DNA from: Ascidiella aspersa | Taxonomy: Eukaryota | Assembly (NCBI GenBank): GCA_963924565.1 | Contig: OZ004615.1 | Location: 7,440,001 to 7,504,000, forward strand | DNA: 64,000 nucleotides | Direction of reading: 5' to 3' | Shown: piece after piece, positions 1 through 13,448 of the stretch | Numbering within the stretch: position 1 is the first letter of the stretch | How the letters are laid out: each line of letters opens with the position of its first letter | Notes under the pieces: model-generated | What the model saw: the letters and a program-made list of their open reading frames with translations, nothing else | The model's database searches: none | Told to the model about the DNA's origin: nothing | Position numbers and translations under genes: made by a program

Positions 1-179
1 TAAGTATGACCGAAACGTAACTTGGTAAACAAGCCAATAACAAATAACAGTGCAACTAATGATGATGCAAGTACGTATCGAAACGTATTTACCAAGATGA
101 TGTCAATTTAGTCGACATTTTGGGTTTTAAGAATCATTAATTAATTATCAAGCTACATTACAGATTCGGGCATAGTGTA

Positions 180-701
180 CAGTGTTGTAAACAAGTCATT
201 TTGAAATGACTTAAGTCCCAGTCAAGTTATTTGCAAAATAACTTAAGTCCAAGTCAAGTCTTTGAATAAATAACAAGTCAAGTCCCAGTCCAAGTCATCA
301 GTTGCGCAAGTTAAGTCCCAGTCAAGTCATAATTAGAGCAAGTCATGTCCTTGTCATAAAAATAAAACGTTAAACTATTATAATTTTTAAACTCGTATGA
401 TTATGAACAATAACTGAACTAAAAAATAAGGAAAACGGATAATATAGCAGGCAATTTGTTTTTTGTGCAAAAAATTGGACAAATAGCTCAATTTTATTAA
501 AAAAATACTTAAAAAAATGCTTTATTTCAACCCAAGTCATTTGTTCAAAAGACTTAAGTCAAGTCAAGTCATTTGTCCGAAAGACTTAAGTCAAGTCAAG
601 TTATTTTGCCCAAATGACTTAAGTCAAGTCAAGTTATTTAGAAACAATGACTTAAAAAGTGCACTTAAGTCAAGTCATTGACTTAAGTCATTACAACACT
701 G
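180..701 (+). mobile_element. Non-autonomous hAT-type MITE with GACTT/AAGTC internal repeats
   Basis: TIR CAGTGTTGTAA...TTACAACACTG; perfect 8-bp TSD ATAGTGTA at 172-179 and 702-709. Confidence 0.88.
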
Positions 702-877
702 ATAGTGTACAAAAGTAATTTTATTTAGCAGAAAATCCCACTCCAAAACCAACACTATATTTATAAAGATCATAAATCTAGGGTTCTTAACAGTTGTTTT
801 TTGTAAAGAGTGGCTTTGTCTCAGATGTTCTTGCGTCTATCTTAGCAAATTACCTGAACTCATGCTATTTTTCATAG

Positions 878-3800
878 CACGAAAAGTTGACAGGACCGCG
901 TCAGACCGTAGCGACCGCGACACTTCCACGTCGTCGGTGACCACTAACAGCAGGGGACAGACGCCGCCGCCCAAGCCGCCGCGACACGCGACACAACATC
1001 GGCGCAGCAGCGACAAGCGACAGCGCAGACAGGAGCGTCAGCGCTTCTGGGAAAGGGACCTCGACCAGTACGCGGCAGCTTGGCTGGCAGAACGTGAGGG
1101 GAATGCCCCTAAAGAGGAAGCGCAAGGTTGTGAGAAGGTATACTGCAAATTCAAGTAAAGCCCCTCTCTCTCACCGTAACACGTCACTTTCCATATTTTC
1201 TTGTCATCACGTGATTTGTTTTCTCACGCATTGGTGATTTTTGCTGTCACGTGACTGATCTGCGCACCTTTCTTTCCTTGCACTGCTAACACACGCCGAC
1301 CACTATTTAACTCATTATCGTACACGAGTGTATTGTTACTAATATTGTCGGTAAACACTCCAAGTGTTTTATTTAACACTTCAAAGTTCATGTAAAGTTC
1401 GTCAAATTACAAAAGTGTTTTTATTGTACGCGTATAAATGTTTTCTTTCGTTGCCAAAATCGTTTCACCTCCGTTAACAAACTGTTGCACACTGTTTACT
1501 TCACGAGACCAATAACCTACATTCAATTTGTTGTCACTTTTTGTCGATTTTTAATATGCAGGGCTTGTCAGCATGATCATAGTAACACACTCAAAATTAA
1601 AATTGCCAAAAGGCTTATTACTACATTTGCAAGAACATTTCACTAAGAAATAAAAAGACTACAAGTTTACTGATGTTCATTTCGCTACAAACTGTTTTTT
1701 TGTTTTTCTTTACGTTTATTTCACTGTGTGGCCGCCATTCACCCATTTTGTACAAACGCTACTTTTAATTTATTAATTTACATTCTTTTCCAAACTTTCA
1801 TTTTCACTTCATCATATAGTTTTAGTAATAAAGTATTCAAATAACAATCGGTTTGGTGAATTCGCATTGATTGCAAAATCAAATGCACCATGTAAAGATA
1901 TAAAGAATAGTTCTTAATTTTAAAAAACAAGTTGATTAAACTTGTATCACACACTTTTGTGTTAAGGATTTAAAATCGAAATACGATAGTTAAAAGCAAC
2001 GGGTGAAATAACATAGAATTTTGCCTCACATAGTAAACAATTGCAGTAGCTATAAACTTTTTAGCAGTTAGGTAATTTTCCATTCACCATTTTTGCTTTA
2101 GAGTATAGGCTTGCCCAAGATTATCGATTTGAATTAATTTAAAGGCATTGGTAGTGGGTTCTAAATTCTAATCGCTCTTGAAAAAATACTTTTTGGCGAT
2201 TGAGATCAGAGTTGGATCAAATGTAATTGATGTAATTAATTACAGTTTTTAATGTAATTGAGGCATTTTCATTCTGTGTAATTGTAATTGTAATTTGGTA
2301 AAATTTTGGCTCAATGCATTGATATTGAGAAAATTGAAGTTTCAATCATGTTCCACGATGTTTATTTTGTTTGGGAAGCGATGAGACAACTGTTTTCCAT
2401 ATTTCAGCTGCAATGGAAAACTTAGTAAATTGCAGTTTTGTAATTGTAATGTGATTGAAACATTTAAGGGAATAATTGCAATTGAACTTAATTAATTGCA
2501 ATTGATCCAACTCTGATTGAGATTGAGTTTATTTATTTTTTATCCTTAGGATAAATATTGCGAAAGTATAACAACTTACCAGGATTTAAAGGCTTTGTCT
2601 ACGGGCATTTTTTCTCTCAAACGTTATCATAAATTCGTAGTGACCTGTTTAAGGGAAACTAATTAATATTGGTTGTTTCAGCATTATTGGCTAGATTTAA
2701 AACTAAACCAAATAGCACTGGCAAAATACAAAAATCTAAAGCTAATACATTTGTCAACAGTGCCACTTGTTGTTTTATCTATTTAGTGTCGCCGGGAACA
2801 TGGACTAGCTAAGTGGCCGCTGTGGCAAGCCCTCGATAAACGTTTATCGAAATAAAACTAGTTGTTAATCAATGAAAGTGTACGAAAGCTAACAAAATAA
2901 AATCACAACGATATAACACTGGTAAATATTGGGTGTGAGGCCCGAAAAATACTTGAAGCCTTCATAATTGGCCAAAACCTTCTTTGTACCAAACACAGCT
3001 ATCATTTTCTTGCAGGCCGGATCTAGCAATCAATTGTTTGAAGTTGAAAGCGACCAACCTGGATTCTCGCTACTAACTACGAGGTGAAATAAATTTAAAA
3101 TCAGTTTGGAGAAGACACCTTTCTTTGCACGCTACACTCGTATTGTAACACCTCTTGAACTTTGTAAACAAGCATGTATTGTTTGGGCGATTGGGACTTT
3201 ATGACGTCATTTTTTTAATTTTCATGCCTAAAAAAAACTAGTTGTTCCTCACTAGCTGTTATATGAAGTGTGGCATAATAAAGAATCGTCCCCCTGAATA
3301 GGATACACTGCCTTGACAAGTTCTGAATTTTTTTAGTGTTTGTATTACAGAAGTTCATTTGTTTAAAGTATTTCGAAGTACAGTAGTCGTCCACAGTTTA
3401 GTGGAAATTGTTTGTTACCCATTTTCGAAATAGTCAGCCACTCATTTTTTAAACCGAAGCGGGAAACGAGGACACGTCATCAAATTAAAACTTTCAAAAT
3501 TAAGCAATAGGTTGGTTGGATATCGAAAAGAATGTAAGTTATAGTGACGTACATTGCTTAGCTTCTATTAAAACCTTAAAACTTATTGACATTTATTGGG
3601 GTGACTACTATTGTTATCTTATAGGACCCTTGTGGACCGAAGCCATGTAATTCCAAACGAAGCGAATGCCTCACACACAGAGCAACCCAACTCCTTGTTA
3701 AACGAAAGCGTTAGTTCGATCGCTACTTGCACATCATCATGCAACACCGAGGGTCTGTTGGAGGCGGACGCCTTGACGGGAGTCATACCTGAATTTGAGG

Positions 3801-6800
3801 AAACGCCGCCCATCATGGATCTTTCTCGAAGCAATTCGAACCCATGCGAACCCAGAAATGACAACCAGGGTTCTGTCGATATTGAGGTGTTTCACCAGCA
3901 ATCTCCCGAGCATTCGTCCAGATTACAACCCGACTTTGACTCCTCTATTGAAACTGGGAGATTTGCTTGGGAGTCTTTCAGGACCAACACGGTTACCTTT
4001 AGGCAAGAGGAAAACGTTCAGCGAATGCGGACTGTTCGGACTGGGACGCAGAGAAACAAACCGATGAACGTCAATCTGGCATCTTTGTTCGGAACAGATA
4101 ACTATTCCATGAGTAAGGAGTTTTATATCTGCTGTATTTAAATAAATAAATATTTTAATATGTTAAAACATTCTTCTATAGAATGCGTAATGTGCATTTT
4201 GATAGCAGAATTTAAAGCTAAAAAGTCACACTTTTTAAAATAAATAATTCGACAAAAAGATAAAACTTTCAAAAAGCGCGTTTTGAAGAAAGAGGGTTGA
4301 ACTCTGACCCAGGAGCTTACCAACAAACAAACCAAGGCGGAATCATAAAACGTTTCTCCCTAAACAAAATAACTGGAACAATGAAAACTTTTTAAGATTG
4401 TGGAGTTAGCCTATTTGTTCATTAAATACGTTAACCAATTAACCTAAACACGAGTATATTTTACTTTACACTGTAGCGAAGCATAGAAGTCACGGCGAAG
4501 CATTCATAAACGACCAACGACCATCTTCAGTCAAGCGTGGCGGCAATGTGGTGACCACCAAGACCTGGAACTTGGAAAACACCTTTCGCCCGATCGGAGG
4601 CGGCCGAATCGAAGTGATCGTCACGCCGCAAACGAACACCAGGAAAACACGCCACAAGACGACCATGAATTCTTGCCGCTCGATTGGAAAGTCCTCTACT
4701 CCTAAGCTGCTACAGAACAGACGCTTCGTCTCGTTTCGCCAACTGGCGTACGGCGGGAGAAGTCCGCAGCGAATTCGCTCATATTCGAGCACGGACAGCG
4801 AGCGTCGTCCTAACTTGAACCAGCACTCCCGCTCTGTGTCTCTTGTGTCGGGCACGTCGTCATTATGGGACACCGACTGTCTGGTGGCCGCCGACTGCTT
4901 AAGCGGCAAAATTCCGACCGCGCTGGCCAAGCATGCAAAAGGAAAGCTAACGGACGACGGGGATTTGACCGATGACCTTCTAGCGCAAAAACCTTTACCG
5001 GACTTGCATTTTACAGATAGCGACTCCACTTCAACTCTGGTCGCTGGCCAAAAACCGGGAAAAGGTATGTTATTTAGGTCTCTGGTTTGTAGGTCTGTGA
5101 TGCCTATAACTTTTTCAAAACTCTAGTTTGTATTTTGTTAGAAGTAGATTAGAAAGGTGGTTCTCAAACTAAAAACCTTTTGTCCGTGGTTAAGTTTTTA
5201 AGGGGTCTCTTTTCAATTATATGAGCAGAAACACATTAATTATTTAATTTTATAGTCACTGTTTTTAAATGACTTGACTTGACTTAAGTCATTTGGGCAA
5301 AATGACTTGATTTGACTTAAGTCTTTCGGGCAAATGACTTGACTTGACTTAAGTCTTTTGAACAAATGATTAGGGTTGTAATAAAGCATTTCTTCAAGCA
5401 TTTTTTTTATAAAATTGAGCTATTTGTCCAAATTTTTGCACAAAAAAACAAATTGCCTGCTATATGTTCCATTTTCCTTATTTTTTAGTTCAGTTATTGT
5501 TCATAATCATACGAGTTTAAAAATTATAATAGTTTAACGTTTTATTTTTATGACAAGGACATGACTTGCTCTAATTATGACTTGACTGGGACTTAACTTG
5601 CGCAACTGATGACTTGGACTGGGACTTGACTTGTTATTTATTTGAAAAACTTGACTTGGACTTAAGTTATTTTACAAATAACTTGACTGGGACTTAAGTC
5701 ATTTTAAAAGGACTTGTTTACAACACTCAAAGTACAACATAATAAATAGGCCTAATTGTTTTAAGAGGCCAGCTTGATGGAATCTTACATTTTGTTTTAC
5801 CTATGCTTGAGAATAATTTGGTCCGGGGAATACGAATTTGTTATGGACACAGCGCCTTTGTCAATATGTACGATTGTACGGCCTAATATTGTTGCTGCTT
5901 TCGCGAGGGCCGCATCCTAATTTAATTGCAGAAAGTATTTACCCGAATCTTTTTTTCACAATACAGAACATTACTTTCGGTTACACTTTAAATTACTTCG
6001 ACAAACCGCCCTGAAAAATACCCCCTGACAAAATATAAAACAACCGCAACCTCGCTAAGGTACCATAATTAGTTGCATTCAATTAGTTTGTATTAGGTCT
6101 ACATTAGGTTTCTTTGCAGTTTTCAATATGCGTCCTGGATTTACGTTAAAAAAATGGTAAGCCTAGGGCCTAAGCTTAATGGCATATGATATAAAGTTGC
6201 ATAAAAAAAGGGTCTTGCCCAAAGCTTTAGAATTTTAGATCTAAGTTTCAAAAAATGTTTTATTGAATATGAACAGTTATTGAAATTTTGCATATTTTAT
6301 ACCTCATTCAATTAGAAAAATTTTAAACTTCGTAAATTACCAAAAATGTATCTACCTATACGTTAGTAAATCTGTCACCAATTTACATAACACAATATTT
6401 TTTTTTTTAATTAAAAACAACACCTAACATCTAGATTCTAGAATCTAGATTGTATAACCATACATCTATGGGATTCTAGAATCAAACCAAAACATCTAGA
6501 ATCTAAATTTATATTTAATAATCTCGAATGGCAACTGGCAACTATGGTTTTTACTTCACAAGATAAACCTTCACAACTTTTTGCGTTATTGTTACGTCAC
6601 AATAATTCACTACGCCTATCGCATTTACTAACAAGGTTTTCCAAGCGTTCACTGTATTGTTTTGCGGTGTTAGGGCTATCATGGAATCGTTTTGCTACTA
6701 TTTACTGCCGGATAGTTACTTTAAAGAAAGAACCATTTGATTCAGACTGAGAGTTTGAAGTGGCTTACGGTGATGTATCACTAAATACTCGGTTTAAAAA

Positions 6801-9800
6801 TCTAGCAGCTATAACAAGAAGTTTATATGTAATTCGTGAGGAGGGCGAAAAGCACATTAACAGGGCAATAGAAAAAGTGGTGTGTGCTAAAAAGGTTAAT
6901 AAACGCAGATTTATATTGTCTATGGATATTTACCAGTTTATATGAGGCGTAAATACCTTGGTTCGCGTGGACCGGGGGCGCCTTGAAATTGTTAACAAAA
7001 TTACGTCATAAATTTACATCATAAATCACTAGTGAACCTGATGTTTTCCGTCAAACAAATCTAAAACTAGAACAAAGTTTAAATACCTTCAAAGAAAAGG
7101 CGTTTGTTTTTCTATTTAATCTATTTGTTTATAAATATTACACCAAGATTTTAACTAGGCCTTTATGGAACCCCTAAAACTAGTCCAAGGACCTCAGTGC
7201 ACAACTTTGTTCCGCATAAGAACTGAAAGCTTCTCTTTTATCACTTGAAAAGCCTTTGTATAGGCCAATACTGTACTAGCGGTACGTGTAGCCTATGTAG
7301 CCTTCCACAGGTTGATAACCACTGCTCTAACGCGATAAAAAAGTGTTCCTATTAGGGTTCGAACAGATTTCAATAGAAACATCCAACGCAAAACATATTT
7401 TTGTAACTTTGCGTATAGTGTTATAGGAAATTTCAATTAAGTATTTTTTATTAGACCTGTAATTTTCAAATGGGTTCCGTGAAGAAGTTTTTAGGGGTCC
7501 GAGCAACATCTTTTAAATTCATTAAATTCGACTCAATTCATTTAAATCCGACTCACCTTTCTTGTTGAATTCTAATCTTATTTGAAGATTTAGCAGACAG
7601 TGAAGGTCTACAGGAAATATTTGTTTGTATAAGTACTGGACTTAATGTTAGAGGAGTTATTGTGCTTTGTTTTAATTTTCCCCGTTTTAAAATTGACGAA
7701 GTCCAACATTACTCAAAGGAAGCAAAATATCGCCAGGTAATAAGTTTGAGAACCACTGTATTTATTATTCAACTGTGAAATTTAATTTTTTAAATGTTGA
7801 ATCCCAAATTTCTATTGATTCTGTTAGCCAATGTGCTTACATTGATTTTACTTTTTTATAACAGTTAAAGTCCATGTTGCTGCAAGTAAGCGGCGATCAG
7901 CTCGCTTAAACATTTTTTCAACAACAGCAAAACCCTATCAACGGACAAGAACTAAGGTACTATTTAATGTATTTGGTGGTATTGAGATAACAGCTTAAAC
8001 TAAAAGCATTTTTAGTCTAAATGCAGAAATTATTTGCGGTCACATTTCATCATACAATTTGGCTAGAAATCGAGAAACTAGAAAAATGGCGGAAAATGTG
8101 TAAGCTAGCTGGGCCAAGTATACTTACTGGATACTGGTTTCTGCAGCCGTCTTTCTTTAATTTATCACGCGTTTGGTATTATTACGCTGCAAATTAGTTT
8201 CACTGTATCCAATATACCTATCCCTAGCCACAAAAAGGATAACTTATATGCTGCTCTTTTAGTAAAGTAAGTCCTGTTAACATATATTTTAGCTTTATTA
8301 AAGGGTTGCATGCAACATCAGGCTAAATTATTTTTTGCCACTCGATTTCTTTCGTATATGTGAGTATATATACAGTTTTCTGTCCTTTAACTTGGTGTTA
8401 ACTGACCGACCAAATTTTAAACTTTTTCCAGGTTAAGGGCGACTCCGCACACGGCCTGATGAGGTCGCCAAAGAGGCGATTTAAAAACGTCTGTTCGTAC
8501 CGCCGATTAGCTGTAGCGAACCCGGAGAAGCGTCAGGCCCACGTGAGTCACTTCTTCAGAGCGAGCCCAAAGCGAAAAGCTGGAAGAAAATGCGACGTTA
8601 CTGTCACAGACACGGATACCTCCACCGTAAGGAAGATTTATGTTTCCTAATTATATGGCCAATTTGAGTTTGTATATTGCTTCTTAGTTAACGCAACTGA
8701 CAGTGCCATTGCTTTCATAATTAATGTACTCGCCGAGATTAGACCAGCGGAAATCTTAATAAGAATTTTAACTTGACGACGTCTTACTATTTTTCTTTGG
8801 GTGATTCGCGGCCCCATGCAATAGTAAAACTCGAAAACGTAAACGTAATTATACTGTACATAAACAACGATATAATGAAATAGAAACATATTACCAGTAA
8901 CACATATAGCGAAAGTTTTGTTGACAATTTATTAGCAGTGTTTGTATTAATGACCCCAAAACTATTTTTTTTATTACATTTTTGAAAAGAACAAACGTCA
9001 TCCTCAGTGTTTTTAGGCACATGTCGTTTCATTTGACCAATTACTTTTAGCTAAATTAAAAATGCCAATTATTTTTTGCCCCATACGTCATGTAAACATC
9101 TAAATATGTTTACCGAAATGTAGGAACCATACAATGTAACCGTAAAACAACTATTTTGCTTGTATTTTCCAGAGGTGGAATTACAGTTGAAAACACCAAG
9201 GGCTAGGAATACTTAAGAACATAATTTTATATAATAATACCAATTTGAAACAAACAAATCACATTTTAGTTGTGGGCAATAATTGCAAAACATGCATACT
9301 GATGCTATAGTTATAAGCACATGTGTTTGTCGCAGACCAGAAAAAAATACTAAAGTGTACATTTCCTTATTATACCGTGACAATTTGCTATGGAGTGCGT
9401 CACAATTTGCTATTGAATGTTATTTACTGACACAGCATAACTAGTTTTCATAAAAAAACAGCGAAGTTTGTTATTATAACTTGGTACTAATGTAGCGGAT
9501 GAAAAGCTTACAATTTAGAGAGATATTTAAAAGGTATATTTGCAGTTGCTAATATTTTTATGGTGGAATTGTCTTTTGAATAGAGGTTAAAGGTGTCCAC
9601 AGAACGACAAAGGGAACCACTGTGATAATCGAATATTCAATTTGTTCAAACCATTGAATACAGTCCATAGGTATAACAAAAAGGCTAATAATTTAGCAAA
9701 GTGTTCTGTGCGCTTTTACTTACCTATCTTACCATGAGTAAATTGTAAACCAGGGATTAAAGAACTTGTTGGCTAAGGGATCCATTAAAGCAATAGACAT

Positions 9801-10626
9801 AATTCCTTTTTAAATTATATGTTTAACTGTTTTTTCGAGAGAGCCATATAATATTTTTAACACTGAATGTAATTAACGTGTGCAATTACTGCGGTTTGAA
9901 GAATCACTAAAAATTTAAATTTAAACAACGGGAACTGTTTGACGTAATAAGAATATCAAAGCCCATACAGAAGTTTTCAACAGATGTTGAAAATGAATAA
10001 AGAGTTATTCGAAACGTTCAAAATGATACCTACTTCTGTATGGGCTTTGATATTCTTATTACGTCTTACTACAACCTCCAACCATTATGCTCCAAAGGGA
10101 ACTGTTTGAATTAACTCTTTATGCGACTTTTGGTGCCGCATGATATATTAATGACATAAAATGATATTTGTGTTGATACTAGAGCCAAATACAAACATTA
10201 AGGCTTCCATTCGTTAAACGAGATTGTATAGCTTGATCTTGTTTTCGATTTGCAGAATTTTATTTATAAAAATGTTAAATACACCTAACTAACTTCTGCC
10301 ATTTCTTAGCACGGTTGTTTCGAATGCACTGTTTTGGTTGATTGTCGATTGTTACGTTTGGAAAAGTTTTATTCATAACATAGAAATGTCAGGTAACATT
10401 GATCTACGCGCCTCGTGTCGCAAGTCAAAGATCGATATCTGGCTGGCGAGCCTTACGTTCCCGGTCATTGTTTTAACGAATTTATTCACGTATTTAGCTT
10501 GACGTATCTTCCACCGACACAAGTAGCACCGTGATCATGTGTAGCCAAAGCAAAGCTAAGCAAGCAAAACAGGCGTCGTCCCTCAACATCAAGTTAGCCC
10601 AACGAGAAAGTCACCCAAACCAGTAG
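878..10626 (+). CDS. 3' part (7 exons) of an unidentified gene encoding a Ser/Thr/Arg-rich, probably disordered protein; 5' end lies outside the window
   Basis: Exons 878-1137, 3016-3083, 3625-4112, 4477-5064, 7865-7956, 8432-8626 and 10498-10626 all have AG/GT boundaries with compatible phases. They give one open frame ending ...AQRESHPNQ* (TAG 10624-10626). No domain was recognised. Confidence 0.75.
2207..2515. mobile_element. hAT-type MITE with internal TGTAAT repeats
   Basis: 14-bp TIR CAGAGTTGGATCAA / TTGATCCAACTCTG; perfect 8-bp TSD ATTGAGAT at 2199-2206 and 2516-2523. Confidence 0.88.
5254..5727 (-). mobile_element. Near-identical inverted copy of the 180-701 MITE, one end truncated
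   Basis: Reverse complement matches about 181-655 nearly throughout. Confidence 0.85.
9941..10096 (+). mobile_element. Short Penelope-like pseudo-LTR remnant with an inverted partial copy and a minimal hammerhead motif
   Basis: 34-bp perfect inverted repeat (9941-9974 / 10032-10065), hammerhead core at 9985-10020, and flanking direct repeat GGGAACTGTTTGA (9930-9942, 10097-10109). Family members occur at about 20750-20846, 32068-32140 and 45144-45277. Confidence 0.6.
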
Positions 10627-11359
10627 GTGGCCTTCTTCTACCTATATCAATCGTTTGCACAGCATAACCTGATGTTAAAATTAAAATATCAACTATGTTT
10701 CAAAGATTGCTTTAGGTATGCCTCTGTACACGTTTTTATAAATGTGTTGACGACAGCTATGAACCGGCGGTTAAATTTACGCACTGCCATGTTATGTAGC
10801 TACAGGATTTTCTATAGACTTCTTTACCGACACGACCAACATTGTCTACTGGCAACCACGCTAGTTTAAGTTCGATTCTCACCGAAGGAATTGGTCTTTT
10901 GAGTCATTAAATTTGGTTATTAGTCTGTTGTATTTGTCTCTAATTCGATGGAAGCTTTTTTGTCTCTACATGTTTGCTTTGAACGGTATGTTTTGTTTTT
11001 AGGTTGATTATTTTTAGCTGAAGAGCATTATCTAAATTTATAGCTTATTAAAATACCAGTAATATTTTTCCTAGCCCCGTAAAAACCTGCTTTACCATTG
11101 TGCTGTAACATTACAGTGTGACTTTTTTAAACAATCAAATCAGAGCAATGTTTTGCTGTTGCTATGTTTTTTAAAGGCACTCAATAGACTAGTATACATT
11201 TCTAAAACCTTTCTGCGCTGACTAACAAATTACTCCCGCGTGCTCTGGCGTGTTTACGAAAAAAAAACACCACACTTTAAACGACTCTTTGCGGACTGCT
11301 GTATTCAAAATGCGGCACGCGAGATCTAAAAGTTTGCCTAATCCTGATGTAGTCTACGA

Positions 11360-11833
11360 CAGTGATTTTCAACCAGTGTTCTGCGAAACAATAGTGTTCC
11401 GTAAAACCTTGCCAAGTGTTTCGCAAGAAATGTATTAGTTTGACTAATGTTCCATGACACACCGGCAAAGTCACTGGCTTATTACAATGAACGTGTATTG
11501 CTTTTAGTTTATGAGAGCGCTTATCCATCAATTCGAACGTTTTACCCCGTTTTGATTAATTTTGTCGTGTAACAATTATAATACCCCTGGTTGTCAACAA
11601 TGGAGTTGTAAATGGCGTCCTGTTGCTGCTTAAGTTCAATACAACCCGAATATTAATTTTGTGCTCATCCAAACTTGTCCAAAAGCCCCATATATCACAC
11701 GAGGAAAAACTGAAAGTGAATGAATTGTTGTTGTGTTGTTTATTTTATTGCATATCATTAACTTTCGCTTTGGATTCCGCAAAATTGTTTGCTGCAAAAT
11801 TGTCCCATGGTTAAAAAGGGTTGAAAAACACTG
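11360..11833. mobile_element. hAT/Charlie-like MITE
   Basis: CAGTGATTTTCAACC...GGTTGAAAAACACTG; partial TSD GTCTACGA/GTCTAAGC. Confidence 0.65.
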
Positions 11834-13009
11834 GTCTAAGCATGCACTAATCGCTCTAATCCCATGTAATCAGACGGAAGTTTTGGATGACATCTATGTC
11901 TAGACGTGTTTAATGAGCTGACTTGTATCAAGTTCAACTATCGGACAGCAGCGTGGGTTATTTAAAGGCAACTTCTGGTTGCCGCTATTTATTATTTCGG
12001 CCTAAAACATGTTGTATTTCAGTAACATTTTAGCGAAATTGATTTACACCCAATGGACAAAAATTGACGTTAGGTTTTTAACGTTTTTTGTCAAACGATT
12101 CCCACTTGTGAAACATGTGTTTTTTATTATTTTTTCTAAACAGCCGTAAACCTAAGTAATTGCGATTTTTGCGCTTTATCTCTCAAGTTTGGTCGGATCT
12201 AGTTTATTTGTGCTTGGTGACCTCACAATTTGCACAACTTGCGACATTATACATAATATTTACTCACAAGTGGGCGTAACTTATTTGTGATCATTTTTCT
12301 GTAAGTTTAAACTGTGAAGGATTTCAAAAATGCGATTTGTTAAAGGCAACCTCTATATATAACATAGTAAATGCTTTGTTAATCAGCATGTGACTTGACT
12401 TAATCCAAATTAACCGTTTTCAAGTTTTCGGAATAATTTTCAAAACAATAATAATGATCTCCCCGCATACAAGATATAGCAATATTAATCATGGGCTTCC
12501 AACAAGTATTTAGGCTATGTTTTATTTAGATTTAGAATTTACTGTGTTAGCGAAAGGTGGGACGGAAGCGTATCCTAGAAATTATGAAGTTATTTTAAGG
12601 AAATATAGATGTTAAGGTATAAATTACGTTCAAGCCAAACTTTGTATATCTTTATATATATTTGGCCAGTGAGTGCACAATAGATATTATCAAGGGTGAC
12701 ATTGAAATTCATTTTCATGGACAAGGTGATCTCAGTCTACTTAAGATAAACCGCTGTATTGAAATAAACTTTATTTTACACAGTTAAAGGCAAGATCCAG
12801 CAACAGCGGTTGTAAAAAAATATTCCCACGCTTAAATATACATTTTTGACGACGGTTGTCGCCAACTCGTTTGGCAATTTCAAGGCGCATGAGACGAACG
12901 CGGTCGAAAGTTAGTTTTAGACGTGACAGAAAGCAGACGTAACCGGGTTGACGCGACTAATTGATAAAAGGACAGCGGCGGAGCACTGCGGGCCACTGGA
13001 ATACCCTAC

Positions 13010-13230
13010 GACTGACGTCACCCGTAGGAAATGTGCATCGCGCCCTTTCGCTTCTGCGACAGTTGTTCTACTGCAGCGCCTCGGCCACGGCAGCCGTCTA
13101 CCGCCCTAAAAATAACAAATGGTCGAAGGCTGCTGCCTTTGCCTTCTTCGCGTCGTCTCCATTGCAACTATATAAGCCGCCCTGGTCCCCTCGAGAATTA
13201 CCAGGCGTCGTTGATTGAATATCCAGCTGT
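13010..13230 (+). promoter_or_regulatory. Titin proximal muscle-type promoter
   Basis: CRE TGACGTCA 13013-13020; E-boxes CAGTTG 13060, CAAATG 13116 and CAGCTG 13224; MEF2 consensus CTAAAAATAA 13106-13115; TATATAAG 13169-13176. All lie in a CpG-rich patch just upstream of a non-coding exon. Confidence 0.65.
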
Positions 13231-13448
13231 AGAGTTTCTGCTCTCTCTTGTCGGAATCGTCGTTCTAACGCCGCTCGTGTTTTTTTTTGTGTTTCCCCTT
13301 TCGCAGCTTTCCACGTTGTTTAGGGTTTAATTTCGTCGCGAATTCTCTCAAGACCTGTGTTTTTGAGCGCCGTTTTTTCTCGACACAGCAAGTTTTAGCC
13401 AAGTGAAAAAAGTCGCTGCTTATCTTCCCGAAACTCTCGCCCGGAGAG
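13195..13448 (+). other. Titin non-coding exon 1 (start approximate)
   Basis: Lies downstream of the TATA box and ends in a strong donor GAG|GTAAGG at 13448. The next acceptor (14079) precedes the start ATG at 14090, as in vertebrate TTN where the ATG is in exon 2. Confidence 0.55.

Noticed and set aside
180-701. GACTTAAGTCAAGTC repeats resembling a CRISPR or iteron array
   Set aside because: Spacing is irregular and there are no unique equal-length spacers. The region is bounded by TIRs and an 8-bp TSD, so it is a eukaryotic hAT MITE.
4490-5029. 179-aa minus-strand ORF
   Set aside because: Antisense shadow of the + strand exon 4477-5064, which has matching splice sites and phases.
878-10626. 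Calling the upstream gene CCDC141 by vertebrate synteny
   Set aside because: No sequence support: no coiled-coil, spectrin-like or C-terminal Ig domain in these exons.
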